Shown one piece after another: positions 62,101 to 64,000 of a stretch of 64,000 bases of DNA; the first letter of the stretch is position 1; each line of letters begins with the position of its first letter. The stretch lies in NCBI GenBank assembly GCA_964016885.1, contig OZ024748.1, positions 40,548,001-40,612,000 on the forward strand, read 5' to 3'. A model generated the notes under the pieces. It did no database searches. It was not told where the DNA came from and saw only the letters and a list, made by a program, of their open reading frames with translations. Source of the DNA: Eledone cirrhosa (taxonomy: Eukaryota). A program made the translations under genes and the position numbers.

Positions 62101-64000
62101 CTGGACTTCATCAGGAGTTACAGGTCCCTATATTACTGGACTTCATCAGAGGTAACAGGATCTTATATTACTGGATATTATCAGAGGTTACAGGTCCTTA
62201 TATTACTGGACTTCATCAGAGGTTACAGGTCGCTATATTACTAAACATTATCAGGAGTTACAGGTCCTTGTATTACTGGAATTCATCAGGAGATACAGGT
62301 CCATATATTACTGGACTTCATCAGAGGTACAGGTCCCAATACTACTGGACTTCATCAGGAGTAACAGGTCCCTATATTACTGGACTTCATCAGAGGTTAC
62401 AGGTCCTTATATTACTAGACTTCATCAGAGGTTACATGTCCCTATATTACTGGAGTTTATCAGGAGTTACAGGTCCTTATATTTCTGGACTTCATCAGAG
62501 GTTACAGGTCCTTAAATTACTGGACTTCATCAGGACTTACAGGTCCTTATATTACTGGACTTCATCAGGAGATACAGGGCCCTATATTGCTGGACTTCAT
62601 CAGAGGTTACAGGTCCTTATATTACTGGACTTCATCAGGCGTCACAGTTCCTTATTTTACTGGACTTCATCATAGTTTACAGTTCCTTATATTACCGGAC
62701 TTCATCAGAGATTACAGGTCCCTATATTACTGGACTTCATCAGGAGTTACAGGCCCTTATGTTACTGGACTTCGTCAGAGGTTACAGGTCCTTATATTAC
62801 TGGACTTCATCAGAGGTTACAGGTCCTTATATTACTGGACTTCATCAGAGGTTATAGGTACTTATATTACTGGACTTCATCAACAGTTACAGGTCCTTAT
62901 ATTACTGTACTTCATCAGAGGTTATAGGTACTTATATTACTGGACTTCATCAACAGTTACAGGTCCTCATATTACTGGACTTCATCAATGGTTACAGGTC
63001 CTTATATTACTGGACTTCATCAGGAGTTACAGGTCCCTGTATTACTGGACTTCATCAGAGGTTACAGGTCCCTATATTACTGGACTTCCTCAGAGGTTAC
63101 AGGACCTTATATTACTGGACTTCATCAGGAGTTACAGTTCCCTATATTACTGGACTTCATCAATGGTTACAGGTCCTTATATTACTGGACTTCATCAGGA
63201 GTTACAGGTCCCTGTATTACTGGACTTCATCAGAGGTTACAGGTCCCTATATTACTGGACTTCCTCAGAGGTTACAGGACCTTATATTACTGGACTTCAT
63301 CAGGAGTTACAGGTCCCTATATTACTGGACTTCATCAGGAGTTACAGGTCCCTATATTACTGGACTTCATCAGAGGTTACAGGTCCTTATATTACTGGAC
63401 TTCATCAGGAGATAAAAGGTCCCTGTATTACTGGACTTCATCAGAGGTTACAGGTCCCTATATTACTGGACTTCATCAGAGGTTACAGGTCCTTATATTA
63501 CTGGACTTCATCAGGAGTTACAGGTCCCTATATTACTGGACTTCATCAGAGGTTACAGGTCCTTATATTACTGGACGTCATCAGAGGTTACAGGTCCTTT
63601 TATTACTGGACTTCATCAGAGGTTACAGGTCCCTATATTACTGGACTTCATCAGAGGTTACAGGTCCTTATATTACTGGTCTCATCAGGAGTTACAGGTC
63701 CCTATATTACTGGACTTCATCAGGAGTTACAGGTCCCTATATTAGTGGACTTCATCAGAGGTTACAGGTCCTTATATTACTGGACTTCATCAGAGGTTAC
63801 AGGTCCTTATATTACTGGACTTCATCAGAGATTACAGGTACTTATATTACTGGACTTCATCAGAGGTTACATGTCCTTATATTACTGCACTTCATCAGAG
63901 GTTACAGGTCCCTATATTACTGGACTGCATCAGATGTTACAGGTCCTTATATTACTGGACTTCATCAGAGGTTACATGTCCCTATATTACTAGACTTCAT
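26186..64000. repeat. 35-bp satellite array, about 1080 copies, running off the window end
   Basis: Unit TTACTGGACTTCATCAG(AG/GA)GTTACAGGTCC(C/T)TATA, uninterrupted for 37.8 kb, with multi-kb duplicated blocks. Confidence 0.98.

Noticed and set aside
26158-63993. Dozens of long ORFs (up to 961 aa) with LDFIRGYRSLYYWTSSEVTGPYITGLHQ repeats
   Set aside because: The 35-bp unit has no stop in any + frame, so three monomers cycle through a 35-aa repeat. All three frames are equally open and stops and indels are scattered, which indicates no coding selection.
26186-64000. CRISPR array (35-bp repeats)
   Set aside because: Repeats are head-to-tail with no unique spacers, there are no cas genes, and the context is eukaryotic.

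Overview
Eukaryotic, AT-rich animal genomic DNA. The SINE and microsatellite repertoire suggests a cephalopod such as Octopus (inference). Three zones. (1) 690-8890: a 60-bp tandem array amplified from one end of a TTAA/piggyBac-type MITE and split by a near full-length but inactivated L1/Tx1-clade LINE. (2) 9190-25127: 15 hand-spliced + strand exons (1904 nt, about 633 aa, 5' part missing) of an ADAMTS-like reprolysin metalloprotease with an unusual layout: catalytic domain (HEIAHGIDIPHD), disintegrin-like domain, TSP1, a cysteine-rich domain interrupted by two PAN/apple exons, and no spacer. Its introns hold SINEs, RTE, R4/Dong and Tx1 fragments, MITEs, several minisatellites and a complete type I hammerhead ribozyme motif (15308-15372, minus strand). 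(3) 26186-64000: about 1080 copies of a 35-bp satellite with multi-kb internal duplications; its minus strand resembles half of a hammerhead core. Almost all long ORFs in the supplied track outside the LINEs are tandem-repeat artefacts.
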